A stretch of DNA of 64,000 bases from Hydrolagus affinis (taxonomy: Eukaryota). The stretch is taken from assembly GCA_012026655.1 (NCBI GenBank), contig JAAILG010000802.1, forward strand, positions 1 to 64,000, read 5' to 3'. A program made the position numbers and the translations under genes. A model generated the notes under the pieces. It did no database searches and was not told the origin of the DNA. It was given only the letters and a program-made list of their open reading frames with translations. The first letter of the stretch is position 1; every line of letters begins with the position of its first letter. Below are positions 1 to 12,900 of the stretch, piece after piece.

Positions 1-253
1 ACCCAAATCCCTTTGAATACTAACACTATCTAACTTCTCCCCCTCTAGAAAATAATCTATTCTTTTATTCTTGCTACGTAGGTGAATAATTTCACACTTG
101 CTAACATTGAATTCCATCTGCCACCTACTTGCCCACTCCCCTAGCCTATCTATATCTTGTTGCAATCTTTTGCATCATTCTCAGAGCTCACTCTGCTACC
201 TAGTTTAGTGTCATCCGCGAATTCAGACACGTTGCATTCAATGTTCTCATCTA
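1..253 (-). mobile_element. CR1-clade LINE ORF2 fragment (RT domain)
   Basis: Reverse strand translates, with a frameshift, to VSEFADDTKLGSRVSSE...LQQDIDRLGEWASRWQMEFNVSKCEIIH, the CR1 FADDTKL / WQMxFNxxKC signature; it runs off the window edge. Confidence 0.9.
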
Positions 254-1798
254 GGGAGATTACTCATCAATACTCATCATTACTCAAAGGGAGATTACTC
301 ATCAATAGCTTTATCTTGAAAAAGATTACGGTACTATTTCTCTCTGATTAAGAGCCACCCATAATCACTTTTTCCGCATCAAGCAAGATGGCAATTTGCT
401 TGTGTCAAGAAATTGCAAGAAATTTGCAGCTCAAAGAACAGGAAGAGAATCAAGTATCCCATTCCAGAGTTTAATGTGACCTCCATAGGAAAATACAAGA
501 CAAATACAAGACAAGTGCAATGGGTTTAGTGTAACTAAATACTTGGACTTGATTCCCTGCAATATGATGATCCAATGTGGTTTGATAAGTTTACAAAATA
601 TCCAAATGAGAGATGGGTTTTCCCTCTCGTCAACATTGATCAGCACTGAGAACTCTCAAACCGCCAATGAGCAGCGCAGCGAGTGAGTGGGAATTGCAAT
701 GAAATATTTCCACTTGTCACTTCAAGTCTTTTTATTCCAGTCATACATTTTGACAATCATCAAGAGGCTTTCCTAGAACAACCACATCACATCAATATTG
801 TAGTAGAAGGAAAGGTTAGTCACATAGATAATAAGTGGAAGTGAACACAGGGTCCAAACTTCAAAGAACAGCGCTGAAGAATTAATGAACTAAAGTGTCT
901 TTTGGGAAAACAAAAATCAAGTACAATGCTCCAAAAGCTAGAGGACACATGCTGCCAAAGAATGGTCTAAAAGTCAGAGATCAAGAAATTCTTCAAGATT
1001 GTATCTGAAATGGAAATTCCTGCCACAGATTTCCCAGATGTCTGGTAAGTTTGTATCACATACTATCCTTTCCATCAGAGCAGTTGTTAGTCAAGTTCTG
1101 TGCATAATTGTAATATAAACAGAATGCCAAAACTTTTAAAGCCACAAATTTATATATATCATATATAGTTTCTAGTATTAGCAGATGGTGGCACTGGAAA
1201 TTTTGTTGCAAACAAAAGCTCTCTGTCTCTAATTTCACAAATATATATGAATAAATAAGGCTCAATATTTTTACTTATATTTCTCCTCAGGTGATTCATC
1301 ATCTTCCAGTTGCATCCATTTCATGAATCATAATTGTTTTGAAGAGAACTATGGCACAAGAGAGGACCAGCAATCCACTGGCGAGGAGTCATTGAGCTAA
1401 CCCACAGCAAGAAATTCCACCCAGAGAGGGGAGGCCACAAACTGTGTCTTAAGTGTTGAGAAGATCCATCATTGGTTGCTCCATAGATCCTGACCAAAAG
1501 TATCATAGATATTGAAGAGTACTGACAGATGAGGGGATGCATCAACTACTGGAGGCAGATTGCATCTTTCTTACAACCCCCTAACATTTCAGATCTTTGT
1601 AGTGGGGGTGGGTGGGATGGGGGGCATGTCTGCAACATCAGCCATATGTGTTCATGCTGGCATGGTTCACCTACATACTGCATTATTGTGTAGCTAGGCT
1701 GTATAGCTAGGCTGATTACCTGTGGTTAAAATGCTCACTGTCGTTAAAGCATATGGAGAGATCTGCGCTAGTTACTCCAGGACCTAGCCACTTTTATC

Positions 1799-2126
1799 AT
1801 AATAATAATCCTTGCATTTGATATAGCGCTTTTCACATCTTCTCGTGCCACAATCAGATTGAACTTTCAAAGTCCTTCACAGAATATACTACAAAGTGAA
1901 TTGACTGTATATTTGATGGGCAAATCACTGCAGTCAATTAAGCACAGCAGTGTTCCACAAACAATCATGGATTGAAATGAACAATGTATTATTGTTTTAT
2001 TTTGAGAGATTATTATTGGGTGTGTGGAGTGAGGTAACTTGCCCAAGGTCTCACCCTGCCTGGAATTGAATCCAGGTCTCTTGCTTGTAAGACAAATGCT
2101 CTAACCACTGACCTACAGGATTCCAC
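1799..2126 (-). mobile_element. tRNA-derived SINE (main family in window, SINE2-1_CM-like), full length
   Basis: Reverse complement has the head GTGGAATCCTGTAGGTCAGTGGTTAGAGC and the tail AAGCGCTATATCAAATGCAAGGATTATTATT; matches the other copies in the window. Confidence 0.9.
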
Positions 2127-2146
2127 TTGTATATAAATGTAATACG

Positions 2147-2375
2147 GGAGTTCTGTAACTCAGTGGTTAGAGCACTCGTCTTATAAGCGAGAGACCTGAG
2201 TTTGATTGGTCAATTCAATCTATGACTGTGGGACACTGCTGTGCGCAATTGGCTGCCGCGTTTCGCCCACAAATATACAATCAATTCACTTTACAGTATA
2301 TTCTGTGAAGCGCTTTGAGACATCTAGAAGATGTGAAAAGCGCTATATCAAATGCCAGGATTATTATTATTATTA
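2147..2375 (+). mobile_element. tRNA-derived SINE, internally deleted copy
   Basis: Head GGAGTTCTGTAACTCAGTGGTTAGAGCACTCG joined to body GTGGGACACTGCTGTGCGCAATTGGCTGCCGCG and (TTA)n tail; lacks about 80 nt present in the 6969 copy. Confidence 0.9.
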
Positions 2376-3159
2376 GGACAGACAGGTCTTCACCTTGCTG
2401 ATGGAATTGGAATCAGTAAAGTGTCTGCAAGGTTCAATCTGATTTGTGGAACCTCATAATGTTATATCATTCATATGTAGGTAGAATGCCCTACCTGCTG
2501 CCAGTTCAGACAGTACAATTATGTCTTCAATGTACATATTCACACACACTTGTTCAGGAAGTGTATATTAAATAAGGCATCACTCTAATGAAATACACAA
2601 TGAGTTTATTTAGCACATAACCAGTTAGTTTGAAAAGGTATTCACCAATTTTCCGTAGTAATGCATGACTTATCACCAAATTGGTTCAGATGAAGAAGGC
2701 CTCTCAGACCAATTCATTTCATCCTTCCAGAATACTCAACGTACTTTCTTCCCATTTCAGTAAATGGAGACCTGTTTAGGCAAGTAAGTGTGTAAAGCTA
2801 AATTTTAATGTGATAATGATAGAGATTAAATTTCTGAGCTGTTAAGTGGTCAAACCAGGGATAAGCAGAAGGGAGGGGTGGATATTCAAAAAAAACTCAG
2901 AGGAAATCATTCACTGTTTCTTGACACAGCATGTAAAAAGACCTGGATTATTTATTGCATTTGATTTAGGGTTCATTAGTCCATAAGACTTTCCCAACCG
3001 ATAACTGGATGAATATTTCTTCTTCGGCAATTGTTGCCTAGTTAGGCTTGAAATTTTTTTGCATTTTGTTGGCAATAGATACCTTGAGGTTAAGTTTAAT
3101 TTTAAAAATAAAATTGGTCATTCATGGCTATTGGTAAGAAATTGCCTATTGCATTCACC

Positions 3160-3420
3160 CACAAAACAAATTCACTCCACTTTACTGTGTATCCAGTCAA
3201 GTGCTTTGAGATATCCTCCTAATGTGAAAAGTGCTACACCAAATGTAAGAGTTATTATTAATAATAAACATAAATAATAGTAATCCTTACATTTGTCATA
3301 TCGCCTTTCACATTGGAATGATTTCAAAGTGATTCACAGGATCGTGGTGTGACTGTAAATATTGTGGGTGAAATGTGCAAACCAAAATCCCACTAGCAAT
3401 CCAACCATGGAAATCAAAAG
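3160..3420. repeat. Two decayed SINE 3' tails, tail-to-tail (+ then -)
   Basis: AAGTGCTTTGAGATATC...AAATGTAAGAGTTATTATT followed by TAATCCTTACATTTG...CGCCTTTTCACATT. Confidence 0.7.
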
Positions 3421-5260
3421 CCAATGTTTAAATAGTTTCTTTCATTGAATAATATTTATTGTTAGACAGGTGTATGGCATGTTCTAGTAACAATCAACTT
3501 TTTAAAATTTGAATAATTCCTAGTGCAAGCAAATATGCCTATTTAAAGATTTTTATTTTTAATGTATTTTTTAAATGCTTAATTTTATGGCAATTCTTAT
3601 AGTTAAAGATTGAAGTTATGACAGAAGTATCAGAGAAATCACAAAACAGGTATTGCTCCCAGGATCGACATTGGAATCTGAAGCTATAGTCAGTTTCACA
3701 GACTACTTCTTTGTACAGACGCAAACACAATAGACTGATAGCAGTTGCCGTCACCGTCACAGATTCCAAGATTGCATGGGGACAGACAGATCGGATTGGC
3801 AAGCCTGTAATGAATCACCAGAGGCTGCATTAACTGACATATCAAGAATGCTCGTGTTTTTATCTGCAATAATCATCAGAATTCTATCCGGGTCTAGTTT
3901 TATTTAGCTCTAGTTTATGTACATTTCCGAGTTTCCAGAATTTGGCAAATTCTTTAATACAGCATTAATTTTGAAGCCAGTATTTTTCTGTAAAATTCCT
4001 TTCAAGAAGTACAAAAATATGACATCAAAAATAAGACTGAATACACCAGTTTGCCAAATTCTGAATGCTCTAAAATATAATATAGGTAGAATAAATGTTT
4101 GTGGGACATTGCTGGGTGCTTACAAAATATACTTTATAGTAAATCCTGTGAAGGGCTTTGAGACATTTCAACAATGCGTTGAGCTATATCTTCAGTCTGC
4201 AGTCAGTCTTCAGATTGCACGCACATGCTACTTAAACTGTGCTGAAATGAATCATTACTTGATACCCTATGTATCAAGGCTTGTTTTTGTTGTTCGTGTA
4301 GATCAAATGCAACGATTTTTATTTTCATAAACAGAATAAATCTAGACCTAGGCAGAATTCTCCCCAATAGAACGGGGCAAGGCAGAGGAATTTGGAGAGG
4401 GGTTCCAGAATATAGGAGCACAGCAGTGCCTGAAGCCTCCACCATTATGAGGCACCAATATTGCAGAAATGAGAGACTTTGTGGAGGACCTAGAAACAAA
4501 GACTGCTTTAGAATTCTCTTGGGGAACAAGCACATTATTGTTTAAATGAGTTTCCATTACTTTGATATCTTCTGATTACTTCAAGCATCATCTTTCAGTG
4601 TATCTTCCCAATAATTAACAAGCTCCATGGTCAGAATTTATCATGGTGCTTCAACTACAGTAAGCTGAAAGGAATCCTTACGTTGGTATTGTAATAGGAT
4701 GTAAGGACCAGAAAACCCCCCACAAATCTGTTGGCTGTACATTGCACACACAGTCAGCAAGTTATGTTAACGATACCATGAAATAAAAATTCTAACTTTT
4801 TGAGCTTCCATTTGAATTTTTAAAAAGATGTTAACATCTGATGATTATATAAAATCATGTAATAGCAATATAATAGTCATAAAATCATGGTTAAAATTAC
4901 TGTAACTTAAATATTGTGAAATGCGATTAACTTAGAGATTGAAAGGAGTGTAGAATTACATTCAGCTTCCTGTACTTGAAGGAAATGCTTGATTATGAAA
5001 AGTTTACCATTTGTTTGTGATACTCCACATACACATAAAAAGATCAAAATTACCTTATAATTAACTGTCAGCCCTTGTTCCACAGCTGCTTGCAAATGGA
5101 CCCGCTAGAAAGATTTAAGTGTGTAATAACATATGAGTTTAACTTTACACATGCTTCATGTTATGAAGAATCTAGTTTGTGGTTTCCAATTATTGTTTAC
5201 TACACTGGCTGGATAGCCAAGTTTAGGAATACGTGAGACCTGTCTGATAGTACCAGAGAC

Positions 5261-5539
5261 CAGGGCCAATCAGAGGGGAGGCCAGGAGGGCCATTTAGCC
5301 TGGGCCTCAAGGTCAAAGGGGGCCTCAAATTTAGACACTTGTTAATTTTGGTAAACATTTTTACACGTTTTTATTAGGTTCATTTAAAAAGATCAAAATT
5401 TTAATTATAATTTCCTAATATTGTGATTATTAAATATGGTGAGGCCATGATTTGGAACTTAACCATCATTTCTTTTTATGGCCGGGGGCCTCAAAAGTTG
5501 GAAGTGGCCCGGGCCTCTCAGAACCTCTAAGAGGACCTG
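5261..5539. mobile_element. hAT-superfamily MITE (279 bp) with perfect 8-bp TSD
   Basis: CCAGAGAC at 5253-5260 and 5540-5547; imperfect TIRs CAGGGCCAATCAGAGG / CCTCTAAGAGGACCTG; GGGCC-rich subterminal motifs with an AT-rich centre. Confidence 0.88.
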
Positions 5540-6423
5540 CCAGAGACCTACCATGGTAGTGTATTCAAGAAGAAAATAAACCCAACCTGAGCCTGTTGAC
5601 TGTGGAGGCTAATGAGTGAAGTCATCTCTGAAGTCAGCCACAGACCCTTGTCTTGCTTGAGGGGAGTTGTGGGAGAACCTACTCCTTTCAGAACAGACAG
5701 ATTTCTTCGCTATCGGGGTCATGATAATGGTTCAGTGAAGCATAGGGAGCGATTACCAAATTACATAAAATGGTTACACATCTGCTCTGGATTGGGCTTG
5801 ACCGAAGGAAGCAATGTTAGTTCTTTTGCTAGTTACAGTAGAGAAATACAGGTGACATTTTCAACACAGCAATTTAAATTTCTAAGCACCATTGCCTGCT
5901 CTGCTAAGCATTTAAATGTAGAGGGGTGGGTTGTTTGTTGCAACCACCTTTGCTTTTACTGAATATTGAGCAATAACTGGATTATTTTGGGCATATCATT
6001 TGAAACTCCCAGGCAACTTGTAACTATCTTAATGAACAAAATAATGAGCCAATCTTCAGTGTGGAATTCTGGGCGGCACATCTGAACAGGCCAGATCCAA
6101 CCATTGTCAAAGCCATTTAAGATGAATTGGCAGAACAGCGTCCCCATTAATTTCTGCACGTCGCCTGCTGTCATGCAAGTTACACCAGAGGAAATGACCG
6201 TTAAAATGTATGGCTACAGCACTTAGACGCATCCCCGCTCTACCCCCCCCGCCCCCCACCACCAAAGTTCTCCCTTAGGTTAAACAAGTGGATACAATTA
6301 GCCACTATCCACAAACAGCTGCAGGATAAAAGGGCCTGTTGGTGGGGCCTCTCGATACAAGGCAAAAGAGCTGAAGTATAAATGCATCTGGCTTGCGAGC
6401 AACAGTTTAGGATATGAACTTTT

Positions 6424-6523
6424 NNNNNNNNNNNNNNNNNNNNNNNNNNNNNNNNNNNNNNNNNNNNNNNNNNNNNNNNNNNNNNNNNNNNNNNNNNNNN
6501 NNNNNNNNNNNNNNNNNNNNNNN
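6424..6523. other. Assembly gap (100 N) abutting a poly-C tract
   Basis: Run of 100 N, the usual placeholder for a gap of unknown size. Confidence 0.99.
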
Positions 6524-6968
6524 CCCCCCCCCCCCCCCACTCCCAATTTCCAGTATTTGGTGATGGGTTGATGAAAGTGTAGTGTAAACCCCCCCACCCC
6601 ACCCAACGCCCTCAAAAGTTGTGGAATTAGCTGAGTAACTACTGTTCATTAAAGAGGACCAAACCTGAAATAAAAAAAAGTATAAAGGGACAGCAGGTCA
6701 ATAAGCAACAGAGAACATGGAGTAATGGTTCAGCTGGGGCTCTGCAGCAGAACTGATCGGAACAGTCTTGAAATGACTCCAGACTTTAACCTGTTTTCCA
6801 CTTTCGAATGCTGATCAGTTCATATTCATGTCTGTATGTGCAACTTTAATTTGTTTTATCTATATTATGAAGTGAAATAGACGTCAGCTTAGATCAGGTA
6901 GTAGTAATGCTGCTTCTGAACCAGGTTGACTTTGCAATACAACTTTGTGAAACACTTTTAAGATCTAC

Positions 6969-7280
6969 GTGAAGTCCTGTAGCTGAGTGGTTAGAGCACT
7001 CGCCTTGCAAGCGGGAGAACTGGTTTGATTCCCAGCATGGTGAAACCTTGGGCAAGTTTCCTTACTCCACACGCCTGATAATAATGCCTCAAAAAAAATT
7101 ATAAATTGGTCATTTCAATCCACAACTGTTTGCAGGACACTGCTGTGTGCAATTGGCTGCCTCGGTTTGCCCACAAATATACAGTCAGTTCACTTGGTAG
7201 TGTGTGAAGCGCTTTGAGACGCCTAGAAGACATGATAAGCGCACTATCAAATGCAAGGGTTATTATTATGATTACTATTA
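6969..7280 (+). mobile_element. tRNA-derived SINE, full length
   Basis: A-box TAGCTGAGTGG, B-box GGTTTGATTCC, body CTTGGGCAAGTTTCCTTACTCC, tail AAGCGCTTTGAGACG...CAAATGCAAGGGTTATTATT. Confidence 0.93.
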
Positions 7281-7344
7281 TCATTCCAACATGAAAGATG
7301 CTACTGTATATAAATGTAACTTGTTATTGAGGAAATCAAATTGT

Positions 7345-7615
7345 TTGGATTGGAGATGCCATCCTTTGGATGAGGCTTTAAACTGGGGCCTTGTTTGCCT
7401 GTTCAGATTGATAATAAAGACCCTATGGGAATATTCAGAAAGTGCAGATAGTCCAAAAGACAATTAATATAGGTTTAAATCCATGTTTGACTTGATCATT
7501 CATCTCGTTGTTTGTGGAACATTGATGGTGCATATTAACTGGCACATTTAGCGACAAAACAACAATTACTAAACACCAAATTAATTCATTGTTCTTTGAA
7601 GCATTTCTACATGAC
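7345..7615 (+). mobile_element. DeuSINE (SacSINE1/AmnSINE-like) fragment
   Basis: Deu-domain GGAGATGCCATCCTTTGGATGAGGCTTTAAACTGGGGCCTTGTTTGCCTGTTCAG...AAAGACCCTATGG; homologous to the 12392 and 20282 copies. Confidence 0.8.
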
Positions 7616-8738
7616 CGGGTTCTAAATCAGATGCAATTTTTTTTAAAATTAACTGCATTATTAATTTGCTGAGTCTTTGCTTTGGACAGTGTGAGAAGCA
7701 CCAACTCTGACAATTGTACTATCAATGCTGATTTGTGAAATATGTTTTTGTTGACATTAATTCCAATAAAAGAAATGGAAACAGAAAGTAGAGATACGCC
7801 TGTTGGTTGCAGCATTAACCTTTAGAACCATACAGTTATACTGCATTTCACTCTGCCAGGTCGGAGAAATAAACATTTCAATAAACTATCAATTTAGTAT
7901 ATTGTATATTTTGTTATATTGAAATAACCTGCGGAATCATCCAAGGAAAACACACAAAATTTTAGATAATTTGGAAGACGTTTGAGGTTATGTTTCCAGA
8001 ATAAGAATGGAGAAAGATCTGGAATCTTTGTAAACAACTAAGTATGATCCAATGTTCATATAGTTTTATTTTGTATCATGATCAGGCCAGGTATTTAAAG
8101 ATGTTTAACCACAAGTTAAGCATCCAATCACTCTCACCATTTTTGCTCTTCAGAGGCACATTACATTGGAAATGGCACTGTGCTAAACCTAAAGATTTGC
8201 TTTGAAAGGAGGTTGGAAAATTCATGATATTTTGGGGAGATTCTTTAATTCTGAAAGCGAAAGATCTCTTTGCTGAGCAATGAAATACTTTCCCCAAGGC
8301 CAGAGTAAGGAATCATGGTGGGGTGGTGGGGTGAGCGGGCAAACCAGATAACCAGAACATACTGGGGGGACAAATGTGTGTCAAATCATGTTCAATAGAT
8401 ATGATGCCAGTGCATTCAAATTCAAAGTCATCTTTGAGAACGAGCATTTACCTTGTGTTAAGATTATATGGAGAGCAACTGCCATATTTGGAAATGTTGA
8501 TTCGACCAAATGATTCATATACTTTATCATGCCTCAGGGAGTTTCCTCACACTCAATATTTGCAATGAAATCCGGAAAGTGCACAAATTCATCAACACTG
8601 TCTGCAACAGAATCTTTTTTCAGCACCACTAAGATAAGCTCTACTGCAGCTAGATATGGCTCCAGCTTTCCACACTGCCTCTTACTTCCTGTTGTGCCTC
8701 CCTTCCCGTCATCCTCCTCACTACCTACTCACTGCCTT

Positions 8739-8940
8739 ACAGTACATTTTGTGAAGCGCCTTAAAACATCACAAAGCACTATATCAAATTCAAGGAATAT
8801 TATTTATTATTGTTCAAAAATGAACTGAATAAGCACTTGAGCAGTAAAGTGGTCCCCCCTTTGTGCAGAAAATGTCTGCAACTAAAATGCTTCAGTTATT
8901 AGATTTAGTAGATAGGTATAGTGGACAGAGAAATGGTAGT
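8739..8940 (+). repeat. Copy 1 of a local ~200-bp direct duplication
   Basis: TTTGTGCAGAAAATGTCTGCAACTAAAATGCTT...AGATAGGTATAGTGGACAGAGAAATGGTAGT is repeated about 1259 nt downstream. Confidence 0.92.
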
Positions 8941-9529
8941 GAAGGAGATATGAGGCAGCGAGGAGAACAACCGGAAGAGAGGTACAGCTGGGAAGTAAAG
9001 GCATTACTATATCCAAGGCTCCTCAGAACTGAAAACCCCCTTCAAACCTTGGGATATCCCAGAACTATATTTTGTTATTTTGGTCCAGCAACCAACACTA
9101 TATTCTTATTTTACCCCAAACATATCTTGTTATTTGATCCCAACATGATACCATCACTAGACATTATCAGTGGAATCTATTTTGTAAGTTAAGTAAACCA
9201 TGTATAAACACATGTATACAGAGAATCATAGACACAAACGACAGTGATTCCCATTAAAGCTTTGAGACATCTTGAAATTATAAGCAGTATATCAAATACA
9301 AGGATTTTTATTACTATTTATCCGTAACACTCATTTAATATAACACACTATTGCCAGCCATAAATACCAGTTACGCCACGAGGGTATTCTGACACAATGG
9401 GGTGCATTTTACAATACAGGTGATGTGACCACATTGCCTGTGTAATGAAATGTTATATATTTTGTTCCAATGAGCCTTAGCCTTCACCTCCTGCACCAGT
9501 GTGATAGTTTCACTGGCACACCATATCCT

Positions 9530-9725
9530 GGTGGCCTCTGAGTGACTTTACCCAATTAGTGCTGAATGATGGCTGTTTTCTCCCATGGGCTCACATCCAC
9601 AGAGCGGTGGAATGAAACTGCCCAAACTTGTTAGTAAGGACCCTTAGCAGCTGTCAGAAAAAGAATTTCGTCTCATTTGTATGAATTAGATTCAAAAGCA
9701 GTTCCTAGAGGTGAAAGGGCCATGT
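9530..9725 (-). mobile_element. LF-SINE-like relic
   Basis: Reverse strand reads CCTTTCACCTCTAGG...TCTGACAGCTG...GCACTAATTGG...CAGAGGCCA, collinear with recalled LF-SINE landmarks. Confidence 0.65.
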
Positions 9726-9999
9726 TCTCGGCTTATTTTTAAATCCATTGTATTTGCAAATTCAGTCTAAATATCATGTTACATTTATATTACAGTATGT
9801 GGCAAAGCACATCTTTTGCCTCGTCATAATTTTAAAATGCAAATGGATTTTGAACAAGAATTAGATATGTGAATTTCTTCACTCAAATAATTGTTATCTT
9901 TTGGAATTTATTGCCATAACTGAGGCTTGCTCAACGGAATTGTTCTGTCCTTTGTTCAACACTTTGTTTTGCCTACAAAGTATACAGTCAATTCATTTT

Positions 10000-10198
10000 A
10001 CAGTACATTCAGCGACAAAAACATAATAAGACGCCATATCAAAGGCAAGGATTATTATTTATTTATTATTGTTAAAAAGTGAACTGGATAATCACTTGAG
10101 CAGTAAAATTGTCCACCATTTGTGCAGAAAATGTCTGCAACTAAAATGCTTTGGTTATTAGATTTAGAGATAGGTATAGTGGACAGAGAAATGGTAGT
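10000..10198 (+). repeat. Copy 2 of the local ~200-bp direct duplication
   Basis: Near-identical to 8739-8940 over the last ~135 nt; both copies are preceded by a SINE tail. Confidence 0.92.
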
Positions 10199-10644
10199 TC
10201 TGGCAGCAAGTGTTATCTTTGCTGACTTGGGTGTTGAGGTCTTTAGAACCTCTGAGAAAGCCACCTTTTTAAGATGTCCATCTGCTGAGGTATTAATGTT
10301 GCTACCAAAGTCAGCGTCCTTGTGGGTTGCACAGGGAATAGATTTTAATAACTTTACAACTAAGTCTCACCACCATCCAATATTTAAATTCCAGGTGAAT
10401 CGAGCGATTGCATTTCCTGAATTTCAAATTTAAATGTTTTTCTCCAACTGATAATAATACTGCTTTGGATTCTAAATCAATCCAGTCTTCATTGGATCAG
10501 GTAGATTTTTAGAACAAGGATGTTGAGCTGAGGTCTGTCAATACTGGCTATTGTCTGTATGAAACAGTCAGAATATTAACTTTCACTCTGAGCTTTAACA
10601 TTTAACTAAACATCACAGAGTCTTTATTCTTTTTATCTCCAAAG

Positions 10645-10956
10645 TAATAATAATAATAATCCTTGCATTTGATGTAGCACTTTTCACATCTTCTAGACGT
10701 CTCAAAGCGCTTCACAGAATATACTGTAAAGTGAATTGATTGTATATTTGTGGGTGAAACATGGCAGCCAATTGCGACAGCAGTGTGCCCACAAACATTC
10801 GTCAATTGAAATGACCAATATATTGTTTTTTTTTAGGGATTATTATTAGACGTGTGGAGTAAGGAAACTTGCCGAAGGTTTCGTCCTGTTTGGATTCGAA
10901 CACAGGTCTCATGCTTGTAAGGCGAGTGCTCTAACCACTAAGCTACAGGACTCCAC
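10645..10956 (-). mobile_element. tRNA-derived SINE, full length
   Basis: (TAA)n-CCTTGCATTTGATGTAGCAC...GGATTCGAAC (B-box)...CTAACCACTAAGCTACAGGACTCCAC; AATAATAAT on both sides. Confidence 0.93.
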
Positions 10957-12391
10957 CAATAATAATTGCTTGGAGGTTCAAAACATCATAGAAATGTACA
11001 GTACCAGAGATTATTTTCTCCCATTTAAAAACCCCCAATAAAAATAACTAATAATAATTCCTCCCTGTTTGAAATATGTGAACTGGAGGACTCATAGTTG
11101 TATGAAATTTAACATTGTTCTCCTGTGTATGACTATAATTCCTCTCCATGCATCTGACAGAAGAAGCATTGCTACCCAAATGGTTAACTAGAACTCTTCT
11201 CTGTCAATTGCTTTCTGTTTTTGTCCCTATCAGCAATTCCACAGAGAAGGAATGAAGGGCAGGAGTTTTATTGTGGGGCCACAGTACGTCTGAGATGTTT
11301 GATAATATTTTTAAGCACATTAAAAATTGTATATAATCCTGACATCAATTCTATTAGCTGTTCCTAACAAATCAACATTTTGGACATTAAAGCACGGAGT
11401 GGACCATATAATACAATAATAAAAGGAAAGAGTTCTTTAACTCAGTCATAAAACGCTGCATAATTTAGTAGAAAGTGAGTGAACAATTCAATTTGAAGGA
11501 TTGGGTTATATATCGATATTGCTCTACAATAAATGACCACTGCCTCCCAACGTGAAAGGCGCTCTATAAATGTAATGTTGTTATTTTGTTGTTGTTGCTC
11601 TATTCCGTCAACATTTTGACAATATTTTTCTTCAGTTGGTTCTGGTTTCAGTTAGCTGAAGACTCTCAGCCTTTTTTGTTTGGAAAGGCATACAAGCTTT
11701 CTCAGTGATGTGATATGACTGAATGCTTCTGCCTTGAATTTATTGAGCATTTTACTGGCAAAACTGTGGCGTGCTCTCATTTTACAGATAGTGGGTTAAG
11801 ATCACCATTTAATGAGATCACCCAAAAAATTATACTGGAAATTAGCATGAGCTGAACACATTATGCTTGGGATCTGGTCAGTTTATAACAACATTTTACA
11901 TTGCAGGCAATGCACTATTAGTAGGTTTGCCTACTTAGCAGTGGGATGATACCAAATGATAAATTATTGGAACAATAGCCATTTCTTGTCAGCTTTGTGA
12001 CAGATCTTTGGTGGGAAGATGGAATAACAGCGCTGGTAGAATGATGGGTTTTGCTTTGCAATATTGCACCCCTTTCACCTACTTTACTGTGAGCAGGATG
12101 ATTACCTCAATTGTGTCTGTAGCACAGGGTGTACCACAACATCCTTTTCCAATATACCCATATACCCATATTCCAATATCCACTGTGTCCAGATATTTCA
12201 GCTTACTGGCTCCACTTTAAGCGCAGTGAACTAAGGGTGTTCAGACGCCTTGCTCCACAACTGGAAAGTAGAATTAGAAAGGAGCGGGTCATCAAATGCA
12301 AGGATTATTATTTATTATTATGCAAGTCACATTAGGCCGCAATGCCCTTCACCACAGACGGTGCCACCCAAAGCCAATCTATGGGTTCGTC

Positions 12392-12686
12392 AACCTCACT
12401 CAGTGGTAGGTAGGACTCTCGCCTCAGAATCAGAAGGTTGTGGGTTCAAAACCTACATTGGGACCTGAACTCACATTGTTTGGATTGCAGGTGCCATATT
12501 TTGGATGAGGCATTAAACCGAGGTCCCGTCTGCCTGTTCAGGTGGACATTAAAGATCCTATGGCATTCTTTTGAAAAGGAAAGGGAGTTTCTCAACAATC
12601 CTCCAATTAATTTTGACACTTGCTTCATGTCTGTTTGTGGGACATTGATGTGCACAATTGTGCTGTGGTGTTTGCCTATAAATACA
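12392..12686 (+). mobile_element. DeuSINE (SacSINE1-like) with tRNA head
   Basis: Head CTCAGTGGTAG...CTCTCGCCTCAGAATCAGAAGGTTGTGGGTTCAAA; Deu core TTTTGGATGAGGCATTAAACCGAGGTCCCGTCTGCCTGTTCAGGTGGACATTAAAGATCCTATGGCA. Confidence 0.88.
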
Positions 12687-12900
12687 TAATAATAATAATC
12701 CTTGCATTTGATGTAGCACTTTTCATGTCTTCTAGCCGTCTCAAAGCGCTTCACAGAATATACTGTAAAAGTGAATTGACTGTATCTTTTGTGGGCGAAA
12801 CACGACAGCCAATTTCCCACAATAGTGGATTGAAATGACCAATTTATTATTTTGTTGAGGGATTATTATTAGGTGTGTAGAGTAAGGAAACTTGCCCAAG
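12687..12900 (-). mobile_element. tRNA-derived SINE, head truncated
   Basis: (TAA)n tail through GTAAGGAAACTTGCCCAAG; abuts the 3' part of the DeuSINE. Confidence 0.9.

Noticed and set aside
6240-6649. ORFs spanning the N run (also 16834-17343)
   Set aside because: Artefacts of assembly gaps.
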